Origin: Synechococcus sp.
Lineage (GTDB): Bacteria; Cyanobacteriota; Cyanobacteriia; Thermostichales; PCC-7336
DNA length: 51,374 nt
Reading direction: 5' to 3'
Assembly: GCA_051439425.1 (NCBI GenBank)
Contig: JBFRWD010000032.1
Location: 1 to 51,374, forward strand
Made by a program: the position numbers and the translations under genes. Numbering within the stretch: the stretch's first letter is position 1; each line of letters begins with the position of its first letter. The notes beneath the pieces are model-generated. The model was not told where the DNA came from and made no database searches. It was given only the letters and a program-made list of their open reading frames with translations. Shown in pieces: positions 1 through 9,334 of the stretch.

Positions 1-553
1 GTGTAGTTAGAGTCTCAATACCACCAACATCGATGAATTCCAATTCGCTCTCATCCCAATCCCGACCACCAATGTGAATGACGCGATTGATTGACAGGCC
101 CGCTCCGTAGCCGCTATCCCAAAGCCCAAGGCCAGCCGCCAATGGCATTCCTCCTAGATAACCTGATGGACTGGTGTCAGGGGTGTTGAGATCGCCGTGG
201 GCATCTAACCATAGAACGACGACATTAGGGAAATACTGGTTGACGATTGGTAGCGTTGCAATGGAGGTTGCGCATCTCGGTGTCACTAAGATGGGTCGTG
301 TTTTTGCAGATAGCAATGCATGTAAGCGTTGACTCACGTGCTTGAAGAAGGTCTCGGATAGGTTTAAAGCCATATCCCAAGGCACATCGCGGGGTTCTGC
401 CGGTTGGCCCATACATTCGAGTGGGATATTCAGGTACGCGGCCAAAACGCCTGCAAAGTCAGCCGCACACCCCATCCCGTGCGGCGTGCGATCGCCGGCA
501 AATCCCACGTAACCCAAACAACGAAACGAATTACGCCTGGCGTAACTCACCAT
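1..553 (-). CDS. Arginase/agmatinase (ureohydrolase) family protein, 3' end beyond the window
   Basis: Not in the ORF track because it runs off the edge. Manual translation from ATG at 553 gives MVSYARRNSF...VVVLWLDAHGDLNTPDTSPSGYLGGMPLAA...IHIGGRDWD, which contains the DAHxD metal motif and the SGxxxGMP signature. Confidence 0.85.
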   Translation of the reverse strand, partial: MVSYARRNSFRCLGYVGFAGDRTPHGMGCAADFAGVLAAYLNIPLECMGQPAEPRDVPWDMALNLSETFFKHVSQRLHALLSAKTRPILVTPRCATSIATLPIVNQYFPNVVVLWLDAHGDLNTPDTSPSGYLGGMPLAAGLGLWDSGYGAGLSINRVIHIGGRDWDESELEFIDVGGIETLTT

Positions 554-581
554 GCATCCATACTCCTCCAAGCTATTGGTA

Positions 582-686
582 TCTAGCGCTGGGCAATCCG
601 CTATGGAGAGTTCTCCAATCATTTCTCCTTGTATATTTAAGCCTTGAGTCGTCTCCCGACTCTAAACCTTACAGCGGATTGCTATA
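582..686 (+). repeat. ~105-bp dispersed MITE-like repeat, copy 1
   Basis: GGCAATCCGCTATGGAGAGTT...CCTTACAGCGGATTGCTATA; homologous to 2501-2607, 39062-39166 and 49506-49610. Confidence 0.8.
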
Positions 687-761
687 AACGCACTGAATGC
701 TGGGTGAGAAACCTGGCTGGACAGCCTGCAATCAAGTGCGAATTTCGTTCAGAGACTTCAG

Positions 762-789
762 ACTCCAGGCCTTACAGCGGATTGCCATA
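762..789 (+). repeat. Right end only of the same repeat family
   Basis: ACTCCAGGCCTTACAGCGGATTGCCATA matches the 3' end of the full copies. Confidence 0.65.
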
Positions 790-850
790 GCAAAGCTGGA
801 TTGAAGCTACGCTCTCAATTCTTCATCGAGTACGAATATCATCATTATTG

Positions 851-2410
851 TTAGAAATTCAGTTGCAACCGACCACCTGTTACTAAGACAGTATCGTCAC
901 GACTGAGACCCGGTTCGAGGATTAACTGTGCGTCTGCTGTAAATTGAATGGCAGGTGTAATGGCGGCGTTATAGTAAATTTCAATGCCATTCTCAGGTTT
1001 TAAGTCAAATTCGCCCCTATTGAGAAAGGTCAAAAATACCGAGTCGTTCAAAGTATCCTCAAAATCATTACTAAAATTGAGTTGATACCAACCCAGACCA
1101 AATTCGTCATAGGGTCGTCCTGGGATAAGTCCTTTACCACCAATACCAGCACTGGCAAATAGGTTAACTATGTTGGTGTTTGCAGGACCAAAGCCAATAC
1201 GGCCAAACGCCCCTAACCCCCTTGGGGATGCGAAAAATGGGCTCTGAGGTCCTTCACTGTCCTGAGTCGATGTGGGTATTGGATCGATGGTGAAAAAATA
1301 TTGATCGAAGTTGGCGTAGACCATAAACGACCCATCCTCCGTTTGGAAGGGGTCGCGAAAGTCGAGAATGCCGTCGCCGCCAATTAACGAAACAGGATCG
1401 GTCAGATCGATTTTCTCGCGATCGTTGTACAACCAACCCAAACGGAAATTACCGGGTCGCTCGGAGACAGAATACTTAAAAGCAAACTCTTGCGAGACAG
1501 TAATGTCGTCAAAAAAGTCATCCGCAAAGTTTTCGGCAGATGTGTTGGGATCGAGAACGGCGGTACTGATAGCTAACCAAGGGGTGGTTTGCCACGCGAG
1601 GGCCGCTCCCCAAGTAATTTCGGGAACAAAGCCCCCCAGCATCAAATTATTGTTGAGAGAAAAATTTTGGAATTGGTAGCGGTAGTCATTGGCAAACGTA
1701 TTATTATCCGCAAAACTCGTGGGGTTAAACTTGCCAACGATTCCCAACAGTTGCGGGTGTAAAAACTGGGTTAAGTAGTATTCCGTCACTAACGCAACGT
1801 TATCTTCATCGGGGATGGGCCAATTGGCCGCAGTATTGACGGGGCTCAGCACTCCTGTCTCAGCATTGATGTCATTGCCGAATTTCCCCTGGAACGTGAA
1901 TTGCAGAATCCCTCCAGGCCACCAGCCCAACCTGCCACTATCTAGGTTGAGGTAAGCGTCTAGATGCTCGCTTACGCCAAATTCACTATCACCATCGCTA
2001 GCAAAACTTCCTTGAAAGATGGTTGTGGAATAGACATCGAAGAAGACCCCCCGGTCGACGGCTTGCTGTCTAACGCCATTCCAGTCCCCCGTAATTTGAG
2101 TGCGGCTGGTGATGTCTCCAGCAGATGTCGTTGGCGTCCCGAAGACAAACTGGTTGTGACGCAGAAGCAAGGGGGTAGCAGGAGCAATATCGACGAGGGA
2201 GAGCGGTCCAGTTGCCAGTTCTTCTGCTGGGACTGCTTCAGGCATGTCTTCGGCGCGATCGATCGCCTCGGGGGGGGCAGATTCTGCGTCTTGGGCAATT
2301 GCTCCTGGCCCAAAAAAACTAACTAAAGTCACCCCCAACAGTCCAGGCCAAGCCCGCTTCAGTTGCCAGTGTGGAAAGATCTTTCGCATGGGTTTGTCAA
2401 ACGATCGCAA
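851..2410 (-). CDS. Carbohydrate-selective porin, OprB family (start possibly ATG at 2389)
   Basis: Signal peptide (AIA-Q), TGDWNGVR motif, EYYLTQ...GKF motif, ENGIEIYYNAAITP and a terminal GGRLQLNF beta-signal. Confidence 0.85.
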   Translation of the reverse strand: MRSFDKPMRKIFPHWQLKRAWPGLLGVTLVSFFGPGAIAQDAESAPPEAIDRAEDMPEAVPAEELATGPLSLVDIAPATPLLLRHNQFVFGTPTTSAGDITSRTQITGDWNGVRQQAVDRGVFFDVYSTTIFQGSFASDGDSEFGVSEHLDAYLNLDSGRLGWWPGGILQFTFQGKFGNDINAETGVLSPVNTAANWPIPDEDNVALVTEYYLTQFLHPQLLGIVGKFNPTSFADNNTFANDYRYQFQNFSLNNNLMLGGFVPEITWGAALAWQTTPWLAISTAVLDPNTSAENFADDFFDDITVSQEFAFKYSVSERPGNFRLGWLYNDREKIDLTDPVSLIGGDGILDFRDPFQTEDGSFMVYANFDQYFFTIDPIPTSTQDSEGPQSPFFASPRGLGAFGRIGFGPANTNIVNLFASAGIGGKGLIPGRPYDEFGLGWYQLNFSNDFEDTLNDSVFLTFLNRGEFDLKPENGIEIYYNAAITPAIQFTADAQLILEPGLSRDDTVLVTGGRLQLNF

Positions 2411-2500
2411 TTAGTGTTGATGTGCTTAGGCCGGAGAGAACAGTAACCTCTTAACGAGCAAAGCGATCTCGAAATCCCGAACTCAATACCGGACCAGTGC

Positions 2501-2607
2501 TACGGCAATCCGCTGTAAGGTCTGGATTAGTATAAACAGCTCAAGGCTTGGATGGGCCAGAAATAAAGACCGAAACAACTCTCCATCGCTGATTGCCAAA
2601 GGCTTTA
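2501..2607 (-). repeat. ~105-bp MITE-like repeat, copy 2
   Basis: Reverse complement reads GGCAATCAGCGATGGAGAGTT...AAGCCTTGAG...TCCAGACCTTACAGCGGATTGCCGTA. Confidence 0.75.
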
Positions 2608-2680
2608 TGATGTCAAGCATTGGCACGCGTCCTAGCCCTACAGATTTCATGTTTTTTGGACACGAGAAGATTCTTCGGGG

Positions 2681-3316
2681 TTAGCAGTTCTCAGATGGAC
2701 CCACTACAGTCTCAGACACAATATTGCCGGCATCATCTACCTGATACTCGATGACCTCACACGCTTGTTCGATGTGATAGACATACACAGTCGTGTCATC
2801 AGATTCGAAGCTGGCGATCAGTAATCCGGCAGTCAAGAAGGCCAAACCGGGGTATGCCGCTAAGGGTGGATAGAGACCGTAATAGTTGCCGTACGTGCGG
2901 TAGCCGGGGTACCCCACATACGGGCGACGGACTGGAGCTAGGTTGGGATATCGCACCCGACCGTAGGTAGATGCCTCCCCTCTGGGTCCCTCTACCGATA
3001 CCGTTCCGCGTCCGCGAGGGCCGACTGTCGCCTCCACTTCCCGTCCCCTCGCTCCTTCTGCATCGACATAACCCGCCCCAAAGGGGCCTCGAGCCCCCTC
3101 GACATCTCCTCCTCTAGGTCCTTCTGCATCAATATATCCAGCACCATAGGGACCCCGTGCCCCTTCAACCTCTCCACCCCTAGGCCCCCTTACATCGACA
3201 CGACCGCGCCGCTGCGCGCGAGCCGGTGATAGCGATATGGCAGTTAACCCAATCGCCAACACACTGCACGCTGCCAATACGCTCGCGAGGTGGCGCGACT
3301 TTGCACAATTCAACAT
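2681..3316 (-). CDS. Secreted hypothetical protein with Gly-Pro-Arg-Gly repeats
   Basis: Signal peptide (ARA-Q), ~22-aa repeats such as xDAEGPRGGxVEGARGPxGAGY, a hydrophobic segment and an acidic C-terminal domain. Confidence 0.75.
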   Translation of the reverse strand: MLNCAKSRHLASVLAACSVLAIGLTAISLSPARAQRRGRVDVRGPRGGEVEGARGPYGAGYIDAEGPRGGDVEGARGPFGAGYVDAEGARGREVEATVGPRGRGTVSVEGPRGEASTYGRVRYPNLAPVRRPYVGYPGYRTYGNYYGLYPPLAAYPGLAFLTAGLLIASFESDDTTVYVYHIEQACEVIEYQVDDAGNIVSETVVGPSENC

Positions 3317-3340
3317 GTCCTTACCCTCGTGATTGGTCGC

Positions 3341-3850
3341 TTACAAGTCGCCTGCCGATTCCACTTCCCGAATCGAGTAGCCAGTCATGCGCGATCGCCA
3401 TTGAATGACTTTGAGGTCGTCTTCCTGCCGCTCAATCACGTTGGTCCAAGACAAGTGCGATATAGTCTCCAGGCCATCCTGGACAGAACGGTCGACAGTC
3501 GTGCCAGTGACCGTCGCCACGCTTCCTTCGATCTCGATATCGTCTATTGCTAAGTTGACTCGATGGCTCTCGACCCCTTCAAAGCCGTTAGCAAAGAACG
3601 TTTCGAGGTTGGCAATGCGGACGAGGGCAGGTTCGATACCAATCTCAGATGCAATGCCAAAGTTGGCTTCGGGGTCAATGACATTCACCAATGCTTCCAC
3701 ATTGCCTTGGTTGGTGTGATATTCCATCTCGGCAATGAGGGCAACGATATCGCTTTCGGAAATGTCTTGGGCAATGGCGATAGGAGCAACTCCCAACGAA
3801 AGCATGGAGATAGCGGCGCCTACAAGGTTTACACGGGGCGAATAGCGCAT
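3341..3850 (-). CDS. Secreted NTF2-like (SnoaL/DUF4440-type) protein
   Basis: Signal peptide (AIA-Q), a helix followed by a NQGNVEAL motif, and a strand pattern (IEIEGSVATVTG...WTNVIERQEDDLKVI) typical of the NTF2 fold. Confidence 0.7.
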   Translation of the reverse strand: MRYSPRVNLVGAAISMLSLGVAPIAIAQDISESDIVALIAEMEYHTNQGNVEALVNVIDPEANFGIASEIGIEPALVRIANLETFFANGFEGVESHRVNLAIDDIEIEGSVATVTGTTVDRSVQDGLETISHLSWTNVIERQEDDLKVIQWRSRMTGYSIREVESAGDL

Positions 3851-4099
3851 ACGGCAAGCCTCAACTGACTACAACTAACAGGAACTAGCACAAGCGATTG
3901 ATCCTCCCTGTAAAGAGTTGGCGCACCCTGCCAAAGCGCCATACTAATTGCCTACAGGGATAATGATGATTCCATGAAACGCTGCAATTTGCTTGTGATT
4001 TCATGCCAATGTAATTCTTGACATTCTTAACTTTGATTCCAGCACGTGCGGGCTGTTCCTCTGGTCCGAGTTGGCATGCTGCTGCCGAGCATCAACTTT

Positions 4100-4318
4100 T
4101 TAGACAAACTCTGAGGACATTGCAACGAGAGCTAAAGCAATATGGTTGTACCTATTCAGGCACGATCAACGACGTTCGATACGAAGTGGCTTGCGATTTA
4201 TTGCAGAATCTCGCGATAAAAACAATCGATGTAGCATACGAACTGAGTTGCAAATTCAGCCAATTTCTCACATGCCTTTAGGCGTTGGACTGGAGTGTCA
4301 CTTCGTAAGTATTTAGGT
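4100..4318 (+). pseudogene. AraC-family HTH remnant, frameshifted
   Basis: RTLQRELKQYGCTY...VRYEVACDLL...IDVAYEL, continuing in another frame near 4250 as ANSANFSHAFRRWTGVS. This is the AraC C-terminal signature; no N-terminal domain is present. Confidence 0.75.
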
Positions 4319-4411
4319 GGGTGCCAGAGTGAAGGCACTAACTTCAAAGCTTGTTGGTTTAAAGCGCGGACTCATTGTCTGCGTTATGGATAATCGGCCT
4401 GATTGTTTCAG

Positions 4412-4831
4412 TTACTGAAAATGCTCGGCCTCTAGCTGCTCGTGCTTCAGATCTTTGAGTTCTCGAGATTCAGTTTCTATTTCTTTGCCCAAAAAGTAAT
4501 TGAGGAACGTTCTGATCACTGCTATTAAAGCTAATTTCCCTAATGAATTAAAACTGGGTGCAATGGTTGTGCTGAGAATATCGGCTGCTAGTTGGAACTC
4601 GAGGGCAAGAGCTAGCCACAAGCCAAACGATAAGCGAATCTCCATAAACTCTAGAGGATAGTCTAAGGTGGGGCGATGACCGCCCCTGAGTCGATGTACC
4701 TTAATGGCATGCTGCAGAGTCTTGACTAAACCCAAAAAGACAACGAATGCTGCAATTGCTTCCAGGACAAACCTCATCAGCACAATAAATGAAGCTAGGG
4801 CATGTTCAAGATGCTCTGTATATAGGTCCAT
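4412..4831 (-). CDS. DUF1622 family membrane protein
   Basis: Signature LALALEFQLAADILSTTIAPS...LALIAVIRTFLNYFL. Confidence 0.9.
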   Translation of the reverse strand: MDLYTEHLEHALASFIVLMRFVLEAIAAFVVFLGLVKTLQHAIKVHRLRGGHRPTLDYPLEFMEIRLSFGLWLALALEFQLAADILSTTIAPSFNSLGKLALIAVIRTFLNYFLGKEIETESRELKDLKHEQLEAEHFQ

Positions 4832-4951
4832 TCGTTAAGCTCTTTCTGGATTGGCCAATGCTCTAGACTATACGAGGCACAAGCAGCTGGGTTGTTTCGC
4901 GATCTGAGGTGACTAGCGTTAACTTGCGCCTTGCTTCAAGCTGGATACCAA

Positions 4952-6544
4952 CTATTCAATTAGCTCTGGATCGCCCGGCCGCCAGGTCTTGTCGTACCAG
5001 GACTCTAGGGGGCCATAGAGGCGGAACAGCATATTCCAGCCCTTACCCGGAACGGTTTGAAGCCAGTTTGATTCATTTCCTGCTGGTGCTGTTGGACCAA
5101 AGTAGATATCAAACGAACCATCCGTATTTTGCTGCAGCCCTTCTGAATTACCGTCAATTCCTGGGAACCGATCGTCTGTCTGGAGCATCGATCGCGTCTG
5201 GTTGTCGTAGAGGGTAAACGACCAGAAGTCTTTCGCCGGGACGTTTGCCGGTAAGTGAACCCTGTAGGTCTTGCCGCCATCCAAAGCATTGCCATCGGCA
5301 TCAACATAACCAATGGCATACTGTGACCCTGTGCCGATATTCTTGGCTGACATTGCGGGAGTGATACCGGTGGCATAGAAGTGGAAAAAGGTGCGGGCAT
5401 CGAGCATGCGAGCACCTTCATTCAAAAATTCATATCCCCCTGTCAAGAGGGGATTCGTCCAGATTCCTTCCCCAGGATAGATATAAAAACTATCTTCTCG
5501 GGGGCGACTTGCCAGCGTCCGAGCCGTCACTGAACCTACATCTGCCGCTTCGGTCAAAATGGCTTTCATGCGCTCATCCGGTTCAAAGGGCTGGCCTTTT
5601 TTAATACCAATAGAGGCCAACAGTCCCAACGTTTCTGGGTCCATGCCATCCGGTGGCTCCGCCTGGACCACGGCATTCACCTCTTCCCAAAAGCCATAGT
5701 CCATGCGGTGAATGCTGTTATGGAACACTCCCGAGGCATTCACAAAGTTCATAGCCGGTGGGTTGTCTTTTTGCGAGAGAGGATACATCCGAAACGTATT
5801 TTTCGTTGACGATATCGCCGGTGTGGTATCCCCATCAACCTGGAAACCACGCCAGAGTATCCAATTGCCATGGGTCGATGAACGAGCCACATGGTAGCCC
5901 TCTGGAATGTCGCCCTCATAGCCCGGAGGAACAATCAGAAACTTGCCGCCTTGGCCTCGATCGGGACCAGCGTTACCGAAATCGGCAACATACCGAAACC
6001 AGTAATCGTCAACAATTCCCAATACATTGGGAGGGGTTTCGATTACGTAAGGCTCGTCCCCCATTTCTAGCCATGCACCCATATAAATGGAGACCGTGTT
6101 TGGGGTTAACCACAGGGCTTTGGAGTCCATCAGGTCTTCAAACAGAATCGCGGTGGTATTGGCAGGACCAAAGCTCAGAAACCCTTTCCGCAGTCCATAC
6201 ATCGATGCGATCGGGATGCTAAATAAAAAGGCTTGGACGGCCCGCTGGAAATCGAGGTTGTCGTAAATCTTTTGGGTGGTTTCTCGATCGGGTACCCCAT
6301 CAAACGAGGTCAATGTGCCCAAGCGAGTTTCCAGGGTATCGGGGGTCGTGATGCCTTCAGGAACCTTGGTGGTCATGCTCATTTGGGGCGGGGGTTGGCG
6401 GAGTGTCTGCCCTTCACTGGAGTTGGGTTGAGCTGCGAATGCTTTTGATGAATCGTTCCTCAACAATGGGAAGCGCACGCTTGACAACATCAGACCTAAA
6501 CTTCCAAATTCAAACCAGCGGAGAACTTTTCTTCGATCGATCAT
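4952..6544 (-). CDS. DUF1254/DUF1214 domain protein, probable Tat substrate
   Basis: Start at MIDRRKVLRW (ATG 6544). Motifs LTPNTVSIY, GPDRGQGGKFLIVPPGY, DFWSFTLYD, NWLQT and FRLYGP. Confidence 0.85.
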   Translation of the reverse strand: MIDRRKVLRWFEFGSLGLMLSSVRFPLLRNDSSKAFAAQPNSSEGQTLRQPPPQMSMTTKVPEGITTPDTLETRLGTLTSFDGVPDRETTQKIYDNLDFQRAVQAFLFSIPIASMYGLRKGFLSFGPANTTAILFEDLMDSKALWLTPNTVSIYMGAWLEMGDEPYVIETPPNVLGIVDDYWFRYVADFGNAGPDRGQGGKFLIVPPGYEGDIPEGYHVARSSTHGNWILWRGFQVDGDTTPAISSTKNTFRMYPLSQKDNPPAMNFVNASGVFHNSIHRMDYGFWEEVNAVVQAEPPDGMDPETLGLLASIGIKKGQPFEPDERMKAILTEAADVGSVTARTLASRPREDSFYIYPGEGIWTNPLLTGGYEFLNEGARMLDARTFFHFYATGITPAMSAKNIGTGSQYAIGYVDADGNALDGGKTYRVHLPANVPAKDFWSFTLYDNQTRSMLQTDDRFPGIDGNSEGLQQNTDGSFDIYFGPTAPAGNESNWLQTVPGKGWNMLFRLYGPLESWYDKTWRPGDPELIE

Positions 6545-6572
6545 GACTGTTCGTTCCTTTGCGAAAACACAA

Positions 6573-8072
6573 TTACACTTTTTCGAAGTCGGGCAGTTTC
6601 CAGCCACTCTCAAACCAGCCCTCCTGCGGTCCATACAGGCGGAATAGAACAAACCAATCTTCACCAGTTGGAATCCAGTTGTTCTCCAAACCGTCAGGGG
6701 CATTGGGCCCAAAGTAGATATCGACCGAACCATCGTCATTAACAGTCATGGCGTCCAACTCAGTTGAGGCCAGACCGACTCGTTCTGCGCCAGAGATGAA
6801 GCCTTTGGTCTCCATGCTGTAGACGATGACCGACCAGAAATCGTTAGCTGGGGTATCGGCAGGGACGTTCAGCCGATAGGTATCGTCACCGTTGAGCAGG
6901 TCGCCGTTGACATCGCGCAGACCAGAAATGTAATAGGTACCTCCTCCCAAGGTCTTGGGCAGGTAGGTCACGTAAAAATACATGTAGGCCCGCTTGTCAA
7001 TCATGAGGCCCGTTTCATTGATGAAGGGCAGTCCAAGCTCTGCCTGCTCGAGGTCAAAGTTAAACGTTCCCCATTGGCGATCGTCCCAAAGGGTGCGAAG
7101 GCTACCGCCTTCAGTTACAAACCAATACTGCAGGTAGTCATAGGCACACTGGAGTCCTTCTAACATCGCGGCCTTTGTTTCTTCATCCGGGTCAAACGGC
7201 TCCCCCGGCACAATTCCAATGGATGCCAGCAGCCCGGTCATGGCAAAGTCCCGTTCTAGAGGCATCTCCCGCTGCATAGCCGTATTCAGATCGGTGAAGA
7301 ACGTCCAGTTATAGACAGGTAAAGTATTGACTGGATTCTCATACACATCGATGAACGGCCAGGGGGTCGGATTTGCGGCATCAGCCAGTGGGTAGACCTT
7401 TACTGTCTGGGCATAGACTGACTGATCGGTCATCTTGCCGCCGTTGATTGCGACCGGGCGGAACGAAAAGTGTACTGCAGCCGTGTCGGACGGAATGACA
7501 ATGTATCCCTCTGTGGGGATTGCTCCTTCATATCTGGGAGGGACGATGAGGTATTTACCCCCTTCTCCCTTATCCTCACCAGAGGGACCGACATCTGCCA
7601 GCGGACGCTGCCAAGCATTAACGATCGATCCGAAGAGTTGAGCTTTTTCTCCACGGGGCGGTACCTCGACAATCATCGGCTCACCGTTCAGGGGCATGCC
7701 AGTGAATGCATAGGGGGTCACGTCATTGGCTGTCAAGAAGCCGTGCCGCGAATCCATGGGGGCAGTCATGTAGGCCACGGTACCGGGCTCTGCCCCAGCA
7801 TCACGCTGCAGAGCCAATTCGAGATCGTAGATGGCAACGGCGGGTAGTCCCCAAATGGCAAGCTCGCACGATCGCCGTACTAGCATTTCACGCTCAATGC
7901 CCGTCAATGTCTGCTGAGGCATTGCTTGACTGTTTTTGGTAGTAGTTGTGTTGAGTTGGGATGCCAGTGCTTGCGATCTCCCGTTATTTCGAAACGGTAA
8001 GCGCACTGCTGACAGCAGCAGCCCTAAACTGCCAAATTCAAAAAAACGGAGCAATTGTCTTCGCTGAATCAT
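6573..8072 (-). CDS. DUF1254/DUF1214 domain protein, probable Tat substrate
   Basis: Start at MIQRRQLLRF (ATG 8072). Motifs LTANDVTPY, GEDKGEGGKYLIVPP, DFWSVIVYS, NWIPT and FRLYGP. Confidence 0.85.
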   Translation of the reverse strand: MIQRRQLLRFFEFGSLGLLLSAVRLPFRNNGRSQALASQLNTTTTKNSQAMPQQTLTGIEREMLVRRSCELAIWGLPAVAIYDLELALQRDAGAEPGTVAYMTAPMDSRHGFLTANDVTPYAFTGMPLNGEPMIVEVPPRGEKAQLFGSIVNAWQRPLADVGPSGEDKGEGGKYLIVPPRYEGAIPTEGYIVIPSDTAAVHFSFRPVAINGGKMTDQSVYAQTVKVYPLADAANPTPWPFIDVYENPVNTLPVYNWTFFTDLNTAMQREMPLERDFAMTGLLASIGIVPGEPFDPDEETKAAMLEGLQCAYDYLQYWFVTEGGSLRTLWDDRQWGTFNFDLEQAELGLPFINETGLMIDKRAYMYFYVTYLPKTLGGGTYYISGLRDVNGDLLNGDDTYRLNVPADTPANDFWSVIVYSMETKGFISGAERVGLASTELDAMTVNDDGSVDIYFGPNAPDGLENNWIPTGEDWFVLFRLYGPQEGWFESGWKLPDFEKV

Positions 8073-8257
8073 AGAGATCGTTAAAAAACGGATGTGAGCA
8101 GGAGGCCGAGCTGACTGAAGCCCTTTTGCCAACGGTGTTGGTATAACCGTACTGAACTCAGCACGAAGCGAGTAGTTTGCTCGGGTGGCATGCAGGTGTT
8201 CGATGCAAGTTTTATCGGTGGGCGTGGCCCCACAGTATCCCTAGAGGGGTTACGCAT

Positions 8258-9322
8258 ATGACCTTGCCTTTTGATGTTGCAGCCACCCAGCGACGGGTGG
8301 ATCGCTTCTGGACACTGGGGGCGAGCTTCGGGATGGAGCGGAATGCCTACCACAATTATTTAAACGAGATTGTTAGCGATCGCTACGCCCTGATTAACGG
8401 TCTGCAACTGTTGCGAGACGAGCTGCAATTTGCCGCCGCCAGCCCTACCGATGTGAAAGCGTGCGGCGCGGATATGAGCCTGCCCAGCGTGGTGACGACT
8501 CTGGCTTATACCAACTGCGGCGATCGCATTCACCAAGGGGAAGCCACCAAACGCTATCGGGATGTGGTTGCTTCTCGGTTCGCGACCCTGTCAGAAATTG
8601 GTGAGCTGAAGCTAGAAGCGTTTTTCCCGGCAGGAGGAGGGACGGACAACGGTGCCACCCTGGCTCACGTTACAGTCGCCCACGAGCTGGATGAAGATCT
8701 GAAACGGCGAGTGTACGCAGGCAACCCTCAATCGATCTCGCTGGTGGCGATCGACCTCAAAACCCATGTGGGCAGATTTCGAGATAACGGCCAGCAGGTG
8801 TACGGCAAAACCCGCGAAGCACCGTGGCGAGCCCCTCGTGCCGCTTGCGGAGCGATCGTTGGCACCCTCACCGATTACCACCCCCAAAACCTCATTCATC
8901 GCCGCATTCGAGATGACTTGGGGGAGCAGAATTTTCAGTATCTTTCTAACCAGAAAATTCTGACCGAAGACGGAGTGGACATCACCATGGCGGTGGCCGC
9001 TGCGATTGTCGCCATTCGCGGCATGCACAACACGGCTATGGCACTGGCGCAAGAAATGGATGAGCGGGGGTTGGCTCACCTGACGGCCAGCACCACCGTC
9101 AACCGCCCCTCACGCGATGACCTGGTGATCTACTTGGCTCGGGCCACAGTATTTAATGGCATGGTCAAGATGCAAGGGTTGGGTACTGCTGCAGAACTGT
9201 ATGGGGGGAAGCTGGTGGAATATGCGGGTGAGCAACGCTTGCAACTGAGCTACGGCGATTGGGATTGCGAGAAGTTGCCGGTTGAAGGTGTGTCCTACAA
9301 GGTACGGAAATCGGGACTGTAG
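8258..9322 (+). CDS. Hypothetical protein with an LCIB/theta-type carbonic-anhydrase-like Cys/His/Cys pattern
   Basis: Long ORF, ATG 8258 preceded by GAGGGG. Motifs NCGD, KTHVG and AACGAI. The ORF is solid; the function is inferred. Confidence 0.6.
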   Translation: MTLPFDVAATQRRVDRFWTLGASFGMERNAYHNYLNEIVSDRYALINGLQLLRDELQFAAASPTDVKACGADMSLPSVVTTLAYTNCGDRIHQGEATKRYRDVVASRFATLSEIGELKLEAFFPAGGGTDNGATLAHVTVAHELDEDLKRRVYAGNPQSISLVAIDLKTHVGRFRDNGQQVYGKTREAPWRAPRAACGAIVGTLTDYHPQNLIHRRIRDDLGEQNFQYLSNQKILTEDGVDITMAVAAAIVAIRGMHNTAMALAQEMDERGLAHLTASTTVNRPSRDDLVIYLARATVFNGMVKMQGLGTAAELYGGKLVEYAGEQRLQLSYGDWDCEKLPVEGVSYKVRKSGL

Positions 9323-9334
9323 TCGAACGGTAGC

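Noticed and set aside
3341..3850. NTF2-like protein as an iota-class carbonic anhydrase
   Set aside because: It lacks the C-terminal HHSS motif.
6545..6739. Long N-terminal extensions in the ORF track (also 8177, 12457, 22610, 37126, 41025, 43083)
   Set aside because: They overlap neighbouring genes or precede the recognisable family N-terminus; downstream ATGs fit better.
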